IMG/VR virus record: IMGVR_UViG_3300007214_000060
Span: 29,397-93,396 of that record
Length of the DNA: 64,000 bases
Source: a virus
Strand: one strand, 5' to 3'
Position numbers and translations under genes: made by a program. Shown piece by piece: positions 10,129 through 19,349 of the stretch. Under the pieces are notes generated by a model. The model searched no databases. It had not been told where the DNA came from and saw only the letters and a list, made by a program, of their open reading frames with translations. The number at the start of each line of letters is the position of its first letter. Positions within the stretch are counted from its first letter, which is position 1.

Positions 10129-10484
10129 AGATGAAAGCCGGATATAAAACCAGTGAGTTTTGGTTTACATTAGTAAGCTTTGTATTTAGTGGATTATATC
10201 TAACTGGCATATTAACAGAGAATGAACACAAAGAAGAGCTAATATCTGTTGTATCACACGCAGTAGAAAGCATTATACTAATCAGTGGACAGGTGTTTAT
10301 ACTAGCAAGATATATAAGAGGTAGAAGCGAAGTTAAAAAAATAGTTGAACAAGAAAATTTGGAGATTATTAAAACAGAAGAGGTAAGCAATGAACCAAAA
10401 AAATCTAATACTAAATCAAGCAGAAAAAATTCATCAGGAACTAAAAGAAAAGCTGCAAAGCCTAAAAAGCGTAGCACTAAGTGA
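10125..10484 (+). CDS. Holin-like membrane protein
   Basis: GYKTSEFW plus two hydrophobic helices and a highly basic C-tail; Met-Lys-Met start. Confidence 0.5.
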   Translation: MKMKAGYKTSEFWFTLVSFVFSGLYLTGILTENEHKEELISVVSHAVESIILISGQVFILARYIRGRSEVKKIVEQENLEIIKTEEVSNEPKKSNTKSSRKNSSGTKRKAAKPKKRSTK

Positions 10485-10773
10485 AGTTTGGAAAAATCTT
10501 CAGCTTTTGGTAGCAAGCACGGTACAAATAACAGAATCAATAGGTCAAGATTTAGCTGGCCAAGAAAAAAAAGATATAGTTATAAACTACATTAATAGAT
10601 TTTACGATACAGTATTTTTAGTAGTAGATGTGCCACTTGTGCCAAATTTTTTAGAACCTATAATACATAGCTATGTAAAAAAAATACTAATGATATTAGT
10701 TTCCTCTACCATAGATGCTACTGTCTCAATTTTTAAGCAAACAGGAATTTTCCTCAAGAAAGGTGTCACATGA
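10390..10773 (+). CDS. Hypothetical protein (possibly membrane-associated)
   Basis: GAGG RBS; overlaps previous gene by 95 nt; GQEKK...VDVPLVP segment. Confidence 0.55.
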   Translation: MNQKNLILNQAEKIHQELKEKLQSLKSVALSEVWKNLQLLVASTVQITESIGQDLAGQEKKDIVINYINRFYDTVFLVVDVPLVPNFLEPIIHSYVKKILMILVSSTIDATVSIFKQTGIFLKKGVT

Positions 10774-11165
10774 ATTATTCTCAAACGTTCGATGAATTTG
10801 CTTCTTCTCTAGGTCCAACGGATATAGCGTTGTACGCTGGTGCGGCAATTATAGCTTGGGTTTTATTCAAGGATAGACTAAACCCGGTAACTAGCGTAGT
10901 CTCTAAATTTCTGGAAAACCTAAGACAACAAACAGTTGCAAAGACTCCAGTAACAGATAGCGCCAAAGAGACTGTTAATAATAGTGTTAAGCCAGATCCA
11001 AATCCTGTTATCGATGACGTTCAAGACGTTTTCTTTCAGCTTGTTAGTAGCTGGAAAAAAACTCGTGATTTAGCGGTCCTTGCTGGTTGTGTTGAAGCGG
11101 TCAAGGCCGCTGATGCGATGTTTCCATATTTAAGTCCAAATATTTGCAATGAGGAAAATGTATGA
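10770..11165 (+). CDS. Single-TM membrane protein
   Basis: IALYAGAAIIAWVLF helix; ATGA coupling on both sides. Confidence 0.6.
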   Translation: MNYSQTFDEFASSLGPTDIALYAGAAIIAWVLFKDRLNPVTSVVSKFLENLRQQTVAKTPVTDSAKETVNNSVKPDPNPVIDDVQDVFFQLVSSWKKTRDLAVLAGCVEAVKAADAMFPYLSPNICNEENV

Positions 11166-11674
11166 TATCAACAGTTAAAGAAAATAAACTACTAATAGCC
11201 TTATCTATTGCTTTAATAGGATTTGGTTTATTTAAACCAGATATCAAATCTATATTTTCTCCAAATAACAATAATGTTGTTATAGACTCTGAAAAAGATG
11301 TTGCTAAACCAACTGACCCTATACTGCTAGAAGCTTGCGAACCAGTCACAAAATTATTGAAGTCTGGATCAACCAGAAAAGCCGATTCGCAAAGATTGTC
11401 TTCATTATATTTTGATTTAGCAACATTGATATCTTTGGATAATGATGAAGAAGTAATAAAAACAACTATGGAAATTAGGGAAGCTAATAAATTGGCTGGA
11501 TCAATGAGCAGACTAAACTTAAAAGATAAATACCCAGGATTAGCAGAGGCTTGTAATAGCCTTGTCGTTGCTGGTATTGGAGAAAATGATGTTGTTCTGG
11601 ACAAAGAAACCAGACAAAGAGCCGTTGAAACTTTTATGGCTCTTAGCTGGGCTTGTTCTCAAGGAGCAAAATAA
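11162..11674 (+). CDS. N-terminally anchored/exported protein
   Basis: LLIALSIALIGFGLF after KENK; helical soluble domain. Confidence 0.6.
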   Translation: MISTVKENKLLIALSIALIGFGLFKPDIKSIFSPNNNNVVIDSEKDVAKPTDPILLEACEPVTKLLKSGSTRKADSQRLSSLYFDLATLISLDNDEEVIKTTMEIREANKLAGSMSRLNLKDKYPGLAEACNSLVVAGIGENDVVLDKETRQRAVETFMALSWACSQGAK

Positions 11675-12597
11675 TGTCTAGATTAAGTCCTAATGATCTT
11701 TATAATGAATACAGAAAAGGTTTTTCTGGATGTCTTTGGGAAGAGCACATATTTAATGAACTTTTAGAAAGTTCTAAATATGCTTATTTCTCTGATGGAT
11801 CTAAGCGTATTAAAAGTAGCGGAAAAGGTAAGCTTAGCACACCATACAAAAGCGTGTTAAAGTTTGATAAAAATCCATATAATGAAAGACAAACAACTGG
11901 AGATTGTGTTAGTCACGCAACACGCAATGCTGTAGATGTTAGTAGAGCGGTAGAAATTGATCTACACGGAGACAAAGAATCTTGGATAGCTCGTGGCGCT
12001 ACAGAAGCCATCTACGGCGCTCGTGGTCATGGTGGCCAAGGCATGAGTTGTTCGCGAGCAGCTACTTTTGTTAGTCAAAGTGGTGGTGTTGTTGTAAGGA
12101 AAGATTACAAGGGGGTCGCTGATTTTAGCAAATATAACGGTAGTCTAGGAGCTGGTTGGGGATCTAGAGGTCTACCAGATAAGGTTATAGATTTGGCCAA
12201 TGATCACCAAATAAAAACTGTTAGTTTAGTACGAACTATTGAAGAAGCGCGAGACGCTCTTGCTAATGGCTATGGATTATCAGTGTGTTCAAGTTATGGA
12301 TTTAGTAATAAAAGAGATAGTAAAGGATTTGCTAGAGTTAGTGGTAGCTGGGCTCATGCTATGGCCTGGATAGCTTGTGACGATACTGGCGCCGAACCAG
12401 CGTTTCTTGTTCAAAATAGTTGGGGAAAATGGAATGATGGTGGTCATCCAGAATGGGGCAAGATACCCGATGGGTCATTTTTGATCCATGCGGAGGCTGC
12501 TGCTGGAATGTTGAGCCAAAATGGGGCTTATGCTTTTAGCGACTTCGACGGGTTTCCTCCACAAAAATTACCAGACTACGGTTTTACATACCTATAA
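11674..12597 (+). CDS. Papain-like cysteine peptidase (C1 family)
   Basis: QTTGDCVSHA (oxyanion Q, catalytic C), WAHAM (H), VQNSWG (N); AAGGAG RBS before ATG 11674. Confidence 0.85.
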   Translation: MSRLSPNDLYNEYRKGFSGCLWEEHIFNELLESSKYAYFSDGSKRIKSSGKGKLSTPYKSVLKFDKNPYNERQTTGDCVSHATRNAVDVSRAVEIDLHGDKESWIARGATEAIYGARGHGGQGMSCSRAATFVSQSGGVVVRKDYKGVADFSKYNGSLGAGWGSRGLPDKVIDLANDHQIKTVSLVRTIEEARDALANGYGLSVCSSYGFSNKRDSKGFARVSGSWAHAMAWIACDDTGAEPAFLVQNSWGKWNDGGHPEWGKIPDGSFLIHAEAAAGMLSQNGAYAFSDFDGFPPQKLPDYGFTYL

Positions 12598-12611
12598 TAG
12601 GGCTATAAAAA

Positions 12612-12845
12612 TTGCTTAACTTAATCAAAGAATATATATTAGATAATTATTTCGTTGAGCTGTACCAGGAATCAAATGCTCAACCAATACCAGACGAGCT
12701 ATTGGAATCCATAAGACAAACATTAAATAACCAAAAGTATGCAAAAGATATTGTTGAGCAGCTAGAGGCGATAAAGGGTATCAAGCAGATAATTATCTAT
12801 GATTCTAATAAAAACGTTTTACTAATTAGCGATAATGAATTTTAA
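12612..12845 (+). CDS. Hypothetical protein
   Basis: ORF fills the gap in a co-directional cluster; TTG start. Confidence 0.45.
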   Translation: MLNLIKEYILDNYFVELYQESNAQPIPDELLESIRQTLNNQKYAKDIVEQLEAIKGIKQIIIYDSNKNVLLISDNEF

Positions 12846-12900
12846 TGCTTTGTATAGTTTTAGTGTATTATAAAGTGTCATATTAGAATTGGATATAATT

Positions 12901-13089
12901 ATGAAACTAATAGATAAAATAGCTCTTAATAGAACACTATCCATTATTTTTGGTTTTATCATATCTTTACTAAAATTCTTTTCGCCAAACCTTGGCAAAG
13001 AATTAGATGATAACAACCCCATTCCTCCAATTCCAAAACCACCACTTAGAAAAAGACTACCAAGACCGTGGAAAAAATCTGATGAGTAA
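12901..13089 (+). CDS. Small membrane protein with Pro/basic tail
   Basis: TLSIIFGFIISLLKFF; PIPPIPKPPLRKRLPRPW. Confidence 0.5.
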   Translation: MKLIDKIALNRTLSIIFGFIISLLKFFSPNLGKELDDNNPIPPIPKPPLRKRLPRPWKKSDE

Positions 13090-13450
13090 ATTACTAATAA
13101 TTGTATTGTCTATGACAACCATAATAGGTTATTGTTCACTATCCTATGATGGATCAACAACGGCTCCTGTCATATTAGCTGGCGCAATAATAAAAACAAC
13201 AGGATCGGATATAGGAAAAAAATATCCAAGAAAAGATTGTCCAGTATGTAAAGGCACTGGAAAATATCTAAGTGGAGATACAATATCTTGGGTCGATTGT
13301 GGATATTGTGATCCAGCGATCAAAACAGACTCAGAGGTTACTCATCCACCGATTATTCTAAAAAGCGAAAAGATTTCGTGTCAAAATAAAAATTGTAAAT
13401 GTAAGAATTGTTCATGTCATAAATGCGGATGTTTACCATCGGTAGAATAG
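13082..13450 (+). CDS. Signal-anchored Cys-rich protein (DnaJ-type CxxCxGxG knuckle plus Cys-rich tail)
   Basis: MSKLLIIVLSMTTIIG; CPVCKGTG...CGYC; CQNKNCKCKNCSCHKCGC. Confidence 0.55.
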   Translation: MSKLLIIVLSMTTIIGYCSLSYDGSTTAPVILAGAIIKTTGSDIGKKYPRKDCPVCKGTGKYLSGDTISWVDCGYCDPAIKTDSEVTHPPIILKSEKISCQNKNCKCKNCSCHKCGCLPSVE

Positions 13451-13463
13451 GATATTTTTAAAA

Positions 13464-13862
13464 ATGAAAAAAAATACTGCTCTAGAAAAAATAGCCAAAA
13501 AAGTTATTTCTAATATGCATCTTGAAAAAGATAAAGAGTATGGAATAGATCCAATTACAATAATACTTGTAATAAGCGTTATACTTACTCTAATCAGAGT
13601 GATACAGGAATGCAGAAAAAATCGCAAATTATTAAAAGATAAAAATGAATCAGTGTCTTTAATGAAGAAAGATATTCAGGAAGCTGTGTTAAAAGATTCT
13701 TGGTTAAATAGACTAAGGCTGCAAAGAATTATAAAAAATAATTTGACCAAAGATCAGTACAAAGCTTATGGTAAGTCGTTACAAAACAGTATAATGGAAA
13801 CTGGAATTAATCTCACGGAAGACGAAGTATGCACTTTAATGGAGGCAACAAACGATGCTTAG
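13464..13862 (+). CDS. Single-TM membrane protein
   Basis: GIDPITIILVISVILTLI. Confidence 0.6.
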   Translation: MKKNTALEKIAKKVISNMHLEKDKEYGIDPITIILVISVILTLIRVIQECRKNRKLLKDKNESVSLMKKDIQEAVLKDSWLNRLRLQRIIKNNLTKDQYKAYGKSLQNSIMETGINLTEDEVCTLMEATNDA

Positions 13863-14106
13863 TTTATTAATATGGTTAGTATACGGTCTTCTAGTAGGTA
13901 GTATAGCAAAAGCAATTGTTCCTGGCGAAGAAAATTTTGGATTTCTAAAAACGATTGCTCTAGGAGTGGCCGGTTCCTATATGGGCGGCGCTATACTGTA
14001 TTTAATGGGACAGTACAATAGTCTGAGCCCCGCTGGTTTGTTTATGGGTGTTGCTGGCGGCGTTCTCAGTTTAGTCCTATACAATAAGCTAACAAGTAAA
14101 AACTGA
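13855..14106 (+). CDS. GlsB/YeaQ/YmgE (transglycosylase-associated) membrane protein
   Basis: W...GLLVGSIAKAIVPG...TIALGVAGSYMGG pattern, three TM helices, 83 aa. Confidence 0.8.
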   Translation: MLSLLIWLVYGLLVGSIAKAIVPGEENFGFLKTIALGVAGSYMGGAILYLMGQYNSLSPAGLFMGVAGGVLSLVLYNKLTSKN

Positions 14107-14108
14107 GC

Positions 14109-14136
14109 TTGACCACCACGACCATACTGCTATAAT
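14109..14136 (+). promoter_or_regulatory. Sigma70-type promoter with extended -10, likely leaderless transcript
   Basis: TTGACC(14109-14114)-N16-TATAAT(14131-14136) with TG at 14128-14129; ATG at 14143, no RBS. Confidence 0.7.
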
Positions 14137-14142
14137 GGTAGT

Positions 14143-14613
14143 ATGAATAGACCATCGTGGACTGATTATTTTTTAGGGCTGGCTACAGTGATCTCTAAGC
14201 GCAGCCACGACATACACACTCAGCATGGATGCGTTATTACGGACCAACAAAATCGCATACTGGGTGTGGGATACAATGGTTTTCCTCACAGCTTAGACGA
14301 TTCTAAATTGCCAACTTCAAGGCCAGAAAAATATTCTTGGATGATCCACGCAGAACGAAATGCCCTATCTAATTGTGTTGTGAGACCAGATAACGGTATA
14401 GCATATGTCACAGGACAGTGCTGTAATGATTGTGTTATGGCTCTTTGGCAAGAAGGAATTAGAACAGTGTTTATGGCAAAACAACACGGCACAATTTTAT
14501 TTGACGACGACGCTAAAAACAGATTTGATCTTTTTGTTGGTATGAGCGGCATAAAAATTGAATATGTTGACTCTGATCTTTCTTGGCTGAAACAATTGTG
14601 TGGTGTATTATGA
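14143..14613 (+). CDS. dCMP deaminase
   Basis: RPSWTDYFL, GYNG, HAERNA, CxxC zinc motif (CNDC). Confidence 0.9.
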   Translation: MNRPSWTDYFLGLATVISKRSHDIHTQHGCVITDQQNRILGVGYNGFPHSLDDSKLPTSRPEKYSWMIHAERNALSNCVVRPDNGIAYVTGQCCNDCVMALWQEGIRTVFMAKQHGTILFDDDAKNRFDLFVGMSGIKIEYVDSDLSWLKQLCGVL

Positions 14614-14747
14614 GTGTACATATATTTTATATTAGTTGTTTTATATTTTTGTATCATTTTATTTTTATTGATAACACACAAATGATTAACTTTTCTTTTT
14701 ATATGGCTGTGTTATTAGGCATTATTGCAATTCTGAACAGGAGATAA
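14610..14747 (+). CDS. Small two-TM membrane protein (45 aa, not in ORF track)
   Basis: MSVHIFYISCFIFLYHFIFIDNTQMINFSFYMAVLLGIIAILNRR*; ATGA overlap upstream, stop 1 nt before nrdJ ATG. Confidence 0.5.
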   Translation: MSVHIFYISCFIFLYHFIFIDNTQMINFSFYMAVLLGIIAILNRR

Positions 14748-14748
14748 T

Positions 14749-16941
14749 ATGTCCGCACTTCAAGAGCTTCAAAATTATACGTTTGTTAGTAAATATGCTC
14801 GTTGGATCCCAGAAAAAAATCGTAGAGAAACATGGAAAGAAGCTGTTGAGCGCGTTAAAAATATGATGCATACTATGTATGCTGATAAAAATATATCTGA
14901 AGATATTGATTGGGCGTACGATATGATGCACAAAAAGAAGGTTCTTGGTAGTCAAAGAGGGTTACAATTTGGCGGCGAACCAATACTAAAAAGACATGCA
15001 AAAATTTATAACTGCACATCTTCCTATTGCGATAGATTAAGATTTTTCCAAGAATGTTTTTGGCTACTTCTTTGCGGTAGTGGAACAGGTTTTAGTGTGC
15101 AAAAGCATCATGTTGCCAAGCTTCCAACATTAGAGCACGATGTTGAAGAAGGTGAAGGAACGAAGTATATTATAGAGGATAGCATAGAGGGCTGGGCAGA
15201 TGCTCTTGGCGTACTATTAAGTAGCTACTTTAGTAAGCCTATAGAAGAATTTAAGATGTATAAGAATACATATGTAATATTTGATTATAGCAATATTCGT
15301 CCAAAGGGATCGGATTTAAGTTCTGGTGTTGGAAAAGCTCCTGGATTTGAACCATTGGCTAATGGACTAGAAAAAATACGCACACTATTAGATCGCTGCA
15401 TAGCTAATGGTCAAAAGAAGCTACGACCAATAGACGCATATGATATTATTATGCATAGTAGTGATGCTGTGTTAAGTGGTGGTGTAAGACGATCAGCTAG
15501 TTTAGCATTATTTAGCGCTGACGATGAAGAAATGGCAAAAGCCAAGACTGGAAACTGGTATATGGATAATCCTCAGAGAGCACGAAGCAATAACTCTGCT
15601 CTTTTATTGAAAGACGAAACAACATTTGAGGAGTTTCAAAATTTAATGGAGAGCGTTAAAGAATTTGGAGAACCAGGATTTATTTGGAGTGACTCTACAG
15701 AGATGACTTTTAATCCGTGCGTTGAAGTCGGAATGTGGCCAATTGATGAAACCACAGGTAAGAGTGGATGGCAGGGATGTAACTTATCAACCATTAATTG
15801 CTCTTCCATAGAGGATGAGAATGATTTCTATGAAAGGTGCAAAGCGGCCGCTATAATAGGTACACTACAAGCAGGATTTACAAAATTAGATTATTTGGGC
15901 GAGGTAAGTTGCAGAATTTTTGCTAGAGAAGCTTTGTTGGGTGTTTCACTAACCGGTATTATGGAAAAGCACGATCTTGTTCTATCAGAAAAAGTATTAA
16001 AAGCAGGAGCAAAAATAGCGGTTGAAACTAATAAAGAAATGTCTAAAAAAATAACCATCAATCAGGCTGCTAGAGTGACCTGTTTAAAACCTGAAGGAAC
16101 CAGTTCAAGTATGCTTGGAACAAGTTCTGGTATTCATCCGCATCACGCCAAACGCTATATCAGACACGTACAAGCAAATGTTTTAGAAGCACCATACCAA
16201 CACTTCAAGAATTATAACCCGCAAGCCTGCGAAAAATCAAGATGGTCGGCCAATGATACCGATGAGGTTATAAAATTTCCAGTAGAGGTTCCAGATGGAG
16301 CAAAATTAAAGAATCAATTACCGGCTGTTGATATGCTTGCTATTGTTAAGGATACTCAAAAAAATTGGGTTTATTCTGGTAAAAATAAAAATCTATGCAC
16401 ACAAGACTATTTGAGTCACAATGTTAGTAACACCGTCACGGTAAAACCAGACGAGTGGGGGAGTGTCACGAAGTATATTTATGATAATCGTAAATATTTT
16501 GCTGGTATTAGTCTTATTCCACAAAGCGGAGACAAGGATTATCCACAGGCTCCTTTTACAACAGTATATACTAGTCGTGAGATAGTCAAAGAATATGGTG
16601 ATGCAGCCTTGTGGTGTTCTGGATTGATAGAACTAGCATTAAATGCGTTCAATAATAACCTTTGGGCCGCTTGTGACTATGTGGGTTTAAATCAGGCAAA
16701 AGAAAATGATGTACATGAAAAACTAGTGTTTATTACAAAGATGAAAAATTTTGCTGGTAAATATTTTGATGGCGATATTAAACGATTAACGTATTGCATG
16801 AAAGATGTTTACAACTGGAAGATCTACTGTGATCTTTATAATAGCTTCAAGAAAGTTGATTATACACAACTCCTAGAAACAGAAGATAATACTAGAGGTA
16901 TTGAAGAAGTTAGTTGTGCTGGCGGCGCTTGCCTTATTTGA
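14749..16941 (+). CDS. nrdJ: Class II (adenosylcobalamin-dependent) ribonucleotide reductase
   Basis: YNC, GGVRRSA, NPCVE, CNLSTIN, TCLKPEGT, C-terminal CAGGAC; no NrdB in the window. Confidence 0.88.
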   Translation: MSALQELQNYTFVSKYARWIPEKNRRETWKEAVERVKNMMHTMYADKNISEDIDWAYDMMHKKKVLGSQRGLQFGGEPILKRHAKIYNCTSSYCDRLRFFQECFWLLLCGSGTGFSVQKHHVAKLPTLEHDVEEGEGTKYIIEDSIEGWADALGVLLSSYFSKPIEEFKMYKNTYVIFDYSNIRPKGSDLSSGVGKAPGFEPLANGLEKIRTLLDRCIANGQKKLRPIDAYDIIMHSSDAVLSGGVRRSASLALFSADDEEMAKAKTGNWYMDNPQRARSNNSALLLKDETTFEEFQNLMESVKEFGEPGFIWSDSTEMTFNPCVEVGMWPIDETTGKSGWQGCNLSTINCSSIEDENDFYERCKAAAIIGTLQAGFTKLDYLGEVSCRIFAREALLGVSLTGIMEKHDLVLSEKVLKAGAKIAVETNKEMSKKITINQAARVTCLKPEGTSSSMLGTSSGIHPHHAKRYIRHVQANVLEAPYQHFKNYNPQACEKSRWSANDTDEVIKFPVEVPDGAKLKNQLPAVDMLAIVKDTQKNWVYSGKNKNLCTQDYLSHNVSNTVTVKPDEWGSVTKYIYDNRKYFAGISLIPQSGDKDYPQAPFTTVYTSREIVKEYGDAALWCSGLIELALNAFNNNLWAACDYVGLNQAKENDVHEKLVFITKMKNFAGKYFDGDIKRLTYCMKDVYNWKIYCDLYNSFKKVDYTQLLETEDNTRGIEEVSCAGGACLI

Positions 16942-16964
16942 CCCCATTTTACAAGGAGTCTTAA

Positions 16965-17696
16965 TTGAGAAAAAAAACAAAAAATAACCAGAAAAAATCT
17001 AGGGTTATAGATGCAACCAACGATATTAGTTTTTCTGGAGCGGTATATAGGAATAGGCTGAAAGCAAGAACAGAAAATCAAAAACAATATATTAAAACAA
17101 TAGACGAAAACACAATTACGTTTTGTCAAGGCGTAGCTGGTAGTGGAAAAACGCATATAGCAATAGGAACAGCTTTAGAGTATCTATTAGAGAATAAAGT
17201 TAATAAAATAATAATTACTAGACCGGTTGTAGAAAGTGGAGAAAAGATTGGATACCTTCCTGGTACAGCAGAAGAAAAACTGCACCCATATCTGCTACCT
17301 ATAATAGATGAAATATCTCATTTTATACCCATGAGTCATTATGCTAGTTTAAAACTGAATAATAAAATAGAGGTTGTTCCTCTTGGCCTAATGAGAGGTA
17401 GGAACTTTCACAAAAGCTTTATTGTGGCTGATGAGTGTCAGAATGCTACATATGATCAATTAAAAATGCTATTAACTCGCATAGGCATAGATAGTAAAAT
17501 GGTGTTAACAGGAGATATAAGTCAGTCCGATCTACATAAATCAATGCGTGGAGGATTTCTTGATCTAATTAGTTGTTTAAGAATAGTTAATGGAATCGGA
17601 TTTTCTGAATTATTTAATGGAGACATTGTCAGAAATCCAATAATAGGATCTATACTAGAGGCACTCAAACACTATGAGTCTGGAGAAGCAACATAA
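16965..17696 (+). CDS. phoH: PhoH-family ATPase
   Basis: GVAGSGKT, RPVVESGEKIGYLPG, MRGRNF, DECQN, GDISQSD. Confidence 0.93.
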   Translation: MRKKTKNNQKKSRVIDATNDISFSGAVYRNRLKARTENQKQYIKTIDENTITFCQGVAGSGKTHIAIGTALEYLLENKVNKIIITRPVVESGEKIGYLPGTAEEKLHPYLLPIIDEISHFIPMSHYASLKLNNKIEVVPLGLMRGRNFHKSFIVADECQNATYDQLKMLLTRIGIDSKMVLTGDISQSDLHKSMRGGFLDLISCLRIVNGIGFSELFNGDIVRNPIIGSILEALKHYESGEAT

Positions 17697-18261
17697 GAGT
17701 TGTCTTGTTCTTAACAATGACTATACGCCATTAAGTATAGTTAGTTGGAAAAAGGCAATCGTGTGGTATTTTAGAGGTATGTACGAAAAATCATTCGGTA
17801 TCGAAATAATAGGTTTTTATTCCGATGATATAATCTTAGGTACTAATAAAAATTTTCCTATACCAGCAATAGCAAAAACCAAAAAGTTTTTTAGAATACA
17901 TAAGCAGAATTTAAAATTCTCTAGAAAAAATATCTTCATAAGAGATAGTCATACGTGTCAGTACTGCGGAATTAAATTTGATTGTAGCAAATTGACTTAT
18001 GATCACGTTATTCCAAAATCTAAATGGAACTATAACAGGGGATCTCCAACAAGATGGACAAACATAGTAACATCCTGTTTACAGTGTAATAGGAAAAAGG
18101 GAAATAAAACACCAAAAGATGCCAATATGCCTTTGATAGCTTTGCCTTATCAACCAGAGAAAAATTCCAAATACTTGCCTATATCCTACAAACTGCTTAA
18201 TATAAACCATCAGATACCTGAGGAATGGAAACCTTTTATACCGCCTTCTTATATTACTTGA
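17674..18261 (+). CDS. HNH endonuclease
   Basis: LVLNNDYTPL; RDSHTCQYCG...TYDHVIP...NIVTSCLQCNRKK. Confidence 0.9.
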   Translation: MSLEKQHKSCLVLNNDYTPLSIVSWKKAIVWYFRGMYEKSFGIEIIGFYSDDIILGTNKNFPIPAIAKTKKFFRIHKQNLKFSRKNIFIRDSHTCQYCGIKFDCSKLTYDHVIPKSKWNYNRGSPTRWTNIVTSCLQCNRKKGNKTPKDANMPLIALPYQPEKNSKYLPISYKLLNINHQIPEEWKPFIPPSYIT

Positions 18262-18262
18262 T

Positions 18263-18619
18263 ATGCCAAACTATACTTACACTTGCGATATTTGCAACGA
18301 TAAATTTGAATTATTCTATCGCATCTCAGAATACAAAGAAAATCCAAAATGTCCTCAATGTAATAATTCTACACACACACATAGATGTTACATTTCTGAT
18401 GCAATGACACAGTTTACATCTGTTAAGAAATCAGACTCAGAATTAAAAACTTTAGGAGATTTGGCTAAAAGAAATTCAGATAAAATGAGTCAAGATCAAA
18501 AAATAGATTTACACAACAAACATAATAGCTATAAAGAAAATAAAATTGAAACAAAACCACTGCCAAGTGGTATGAGTTATAAGAAGAAACCACCCAAACC
18601 CAAATGGCCAGGAACCTAA
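18263..18619 (+). CDS. FmdB-like zinc-ribbon protein
   Basis: MPNYTYTCDIC...CPQC. Confidence 0.75.
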   Translation: MPNYTYTCDICNDKFELFYRISEYKENPKCPQCNNSTHTHRCYISDAMTQFTSVKKSDSELKTLGDLAKRNSDKMSQDQKIDLHNKHNSYKENKIETKPLPSGMSYKKKPPKPKWPGT

Positions 18620-18621
18620 AC

Positions 18622-19008
18622 ATGAATGAATATCTATTCTCTCCAAATAAAAATAAATCCGTGAATGAATCAAATACCATTGAGTATTTTACAATATCGG
18701 GAAATCAAGACTATTACGATAACGAGCAGATGCCAAGACTAAGTTCGCCTAGCGATCTTGTTTACGCTAAGAAAGTTATAAATTCTGAGGGCATTACCAG
18801 GTATTTTATTAGATTATCGTTAAGTAATAAACTATATGATCCAACTTCTCCATACGGATTAGATAAAACAAAAAGTTTTCTAGATAGTACCGTTAGAGAT
18901 CCAGACAGATTTAAAGCGGTAAATCAAAAGACATTTACTTTATATTTAAGCTTCTTGAAAACAAAAAACACATCATATTTACATAATGCTGAAAGAGAGA
19001 GTGAATAA
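18622..19008 (+). CDS. Hypothetical protein
   Basis: ORF tightly packed in operon. Confidence 0.55.
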   Translation: MNEYLFSPNKNKSVNESNTIEYFTISGNQDYYDNEQMPRLSSPSDLVYAKKVINSEGITRYFIRLSLSNKLYDPTSPYGLDKTKSFLDSTVRDPDRFKAVNQKTFTLYLSFLKTKNTSYLHNAERESE

Positions 19009-19349
19009 TGCCAAGATCTTCAAAAACAGAAATATACAGTGTATTATGGTTAAACTACAACAAAAGATCAGTTGCTGAGATATCAAAGGAATTGAATCTT
19101 GAAGAAGAAAAAGTTATCAAAATTCTTGAAAAACACAACGCTACTAATACAACAAATAAAACCATCACAGCATCTGAGAAAATAAAAAACAAACCTTCAA
19201 ACTTAATGATAAATACAACGGCTAATAAACAAAGTAAAAATGTGTCCGTTATGACTCAGGCTGCGTCTATGGCTTTTGATGAGCATAAAAAGTCTATTAG
19301 CAATAGACCAAACAAAAACAATAAGAATATATTCAAACCCAATGGCTGA
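19008..19349 (+). CDS. Hypothetical protein with N-terminal HTH-like segment
   Basis: RSVAEISKELNLEEEKVIKIL. Confidence 0.5.
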   Translation: MPRSSKTEIYSVLWLNYNKRSVAEISKELNLEEEKVIKILEKHNATNTTNKTITASEKIKNKPSNLMINTTANKQSKNVSVMTQAASMAFDEHKKSISNRPNKNNKNIFKPNG

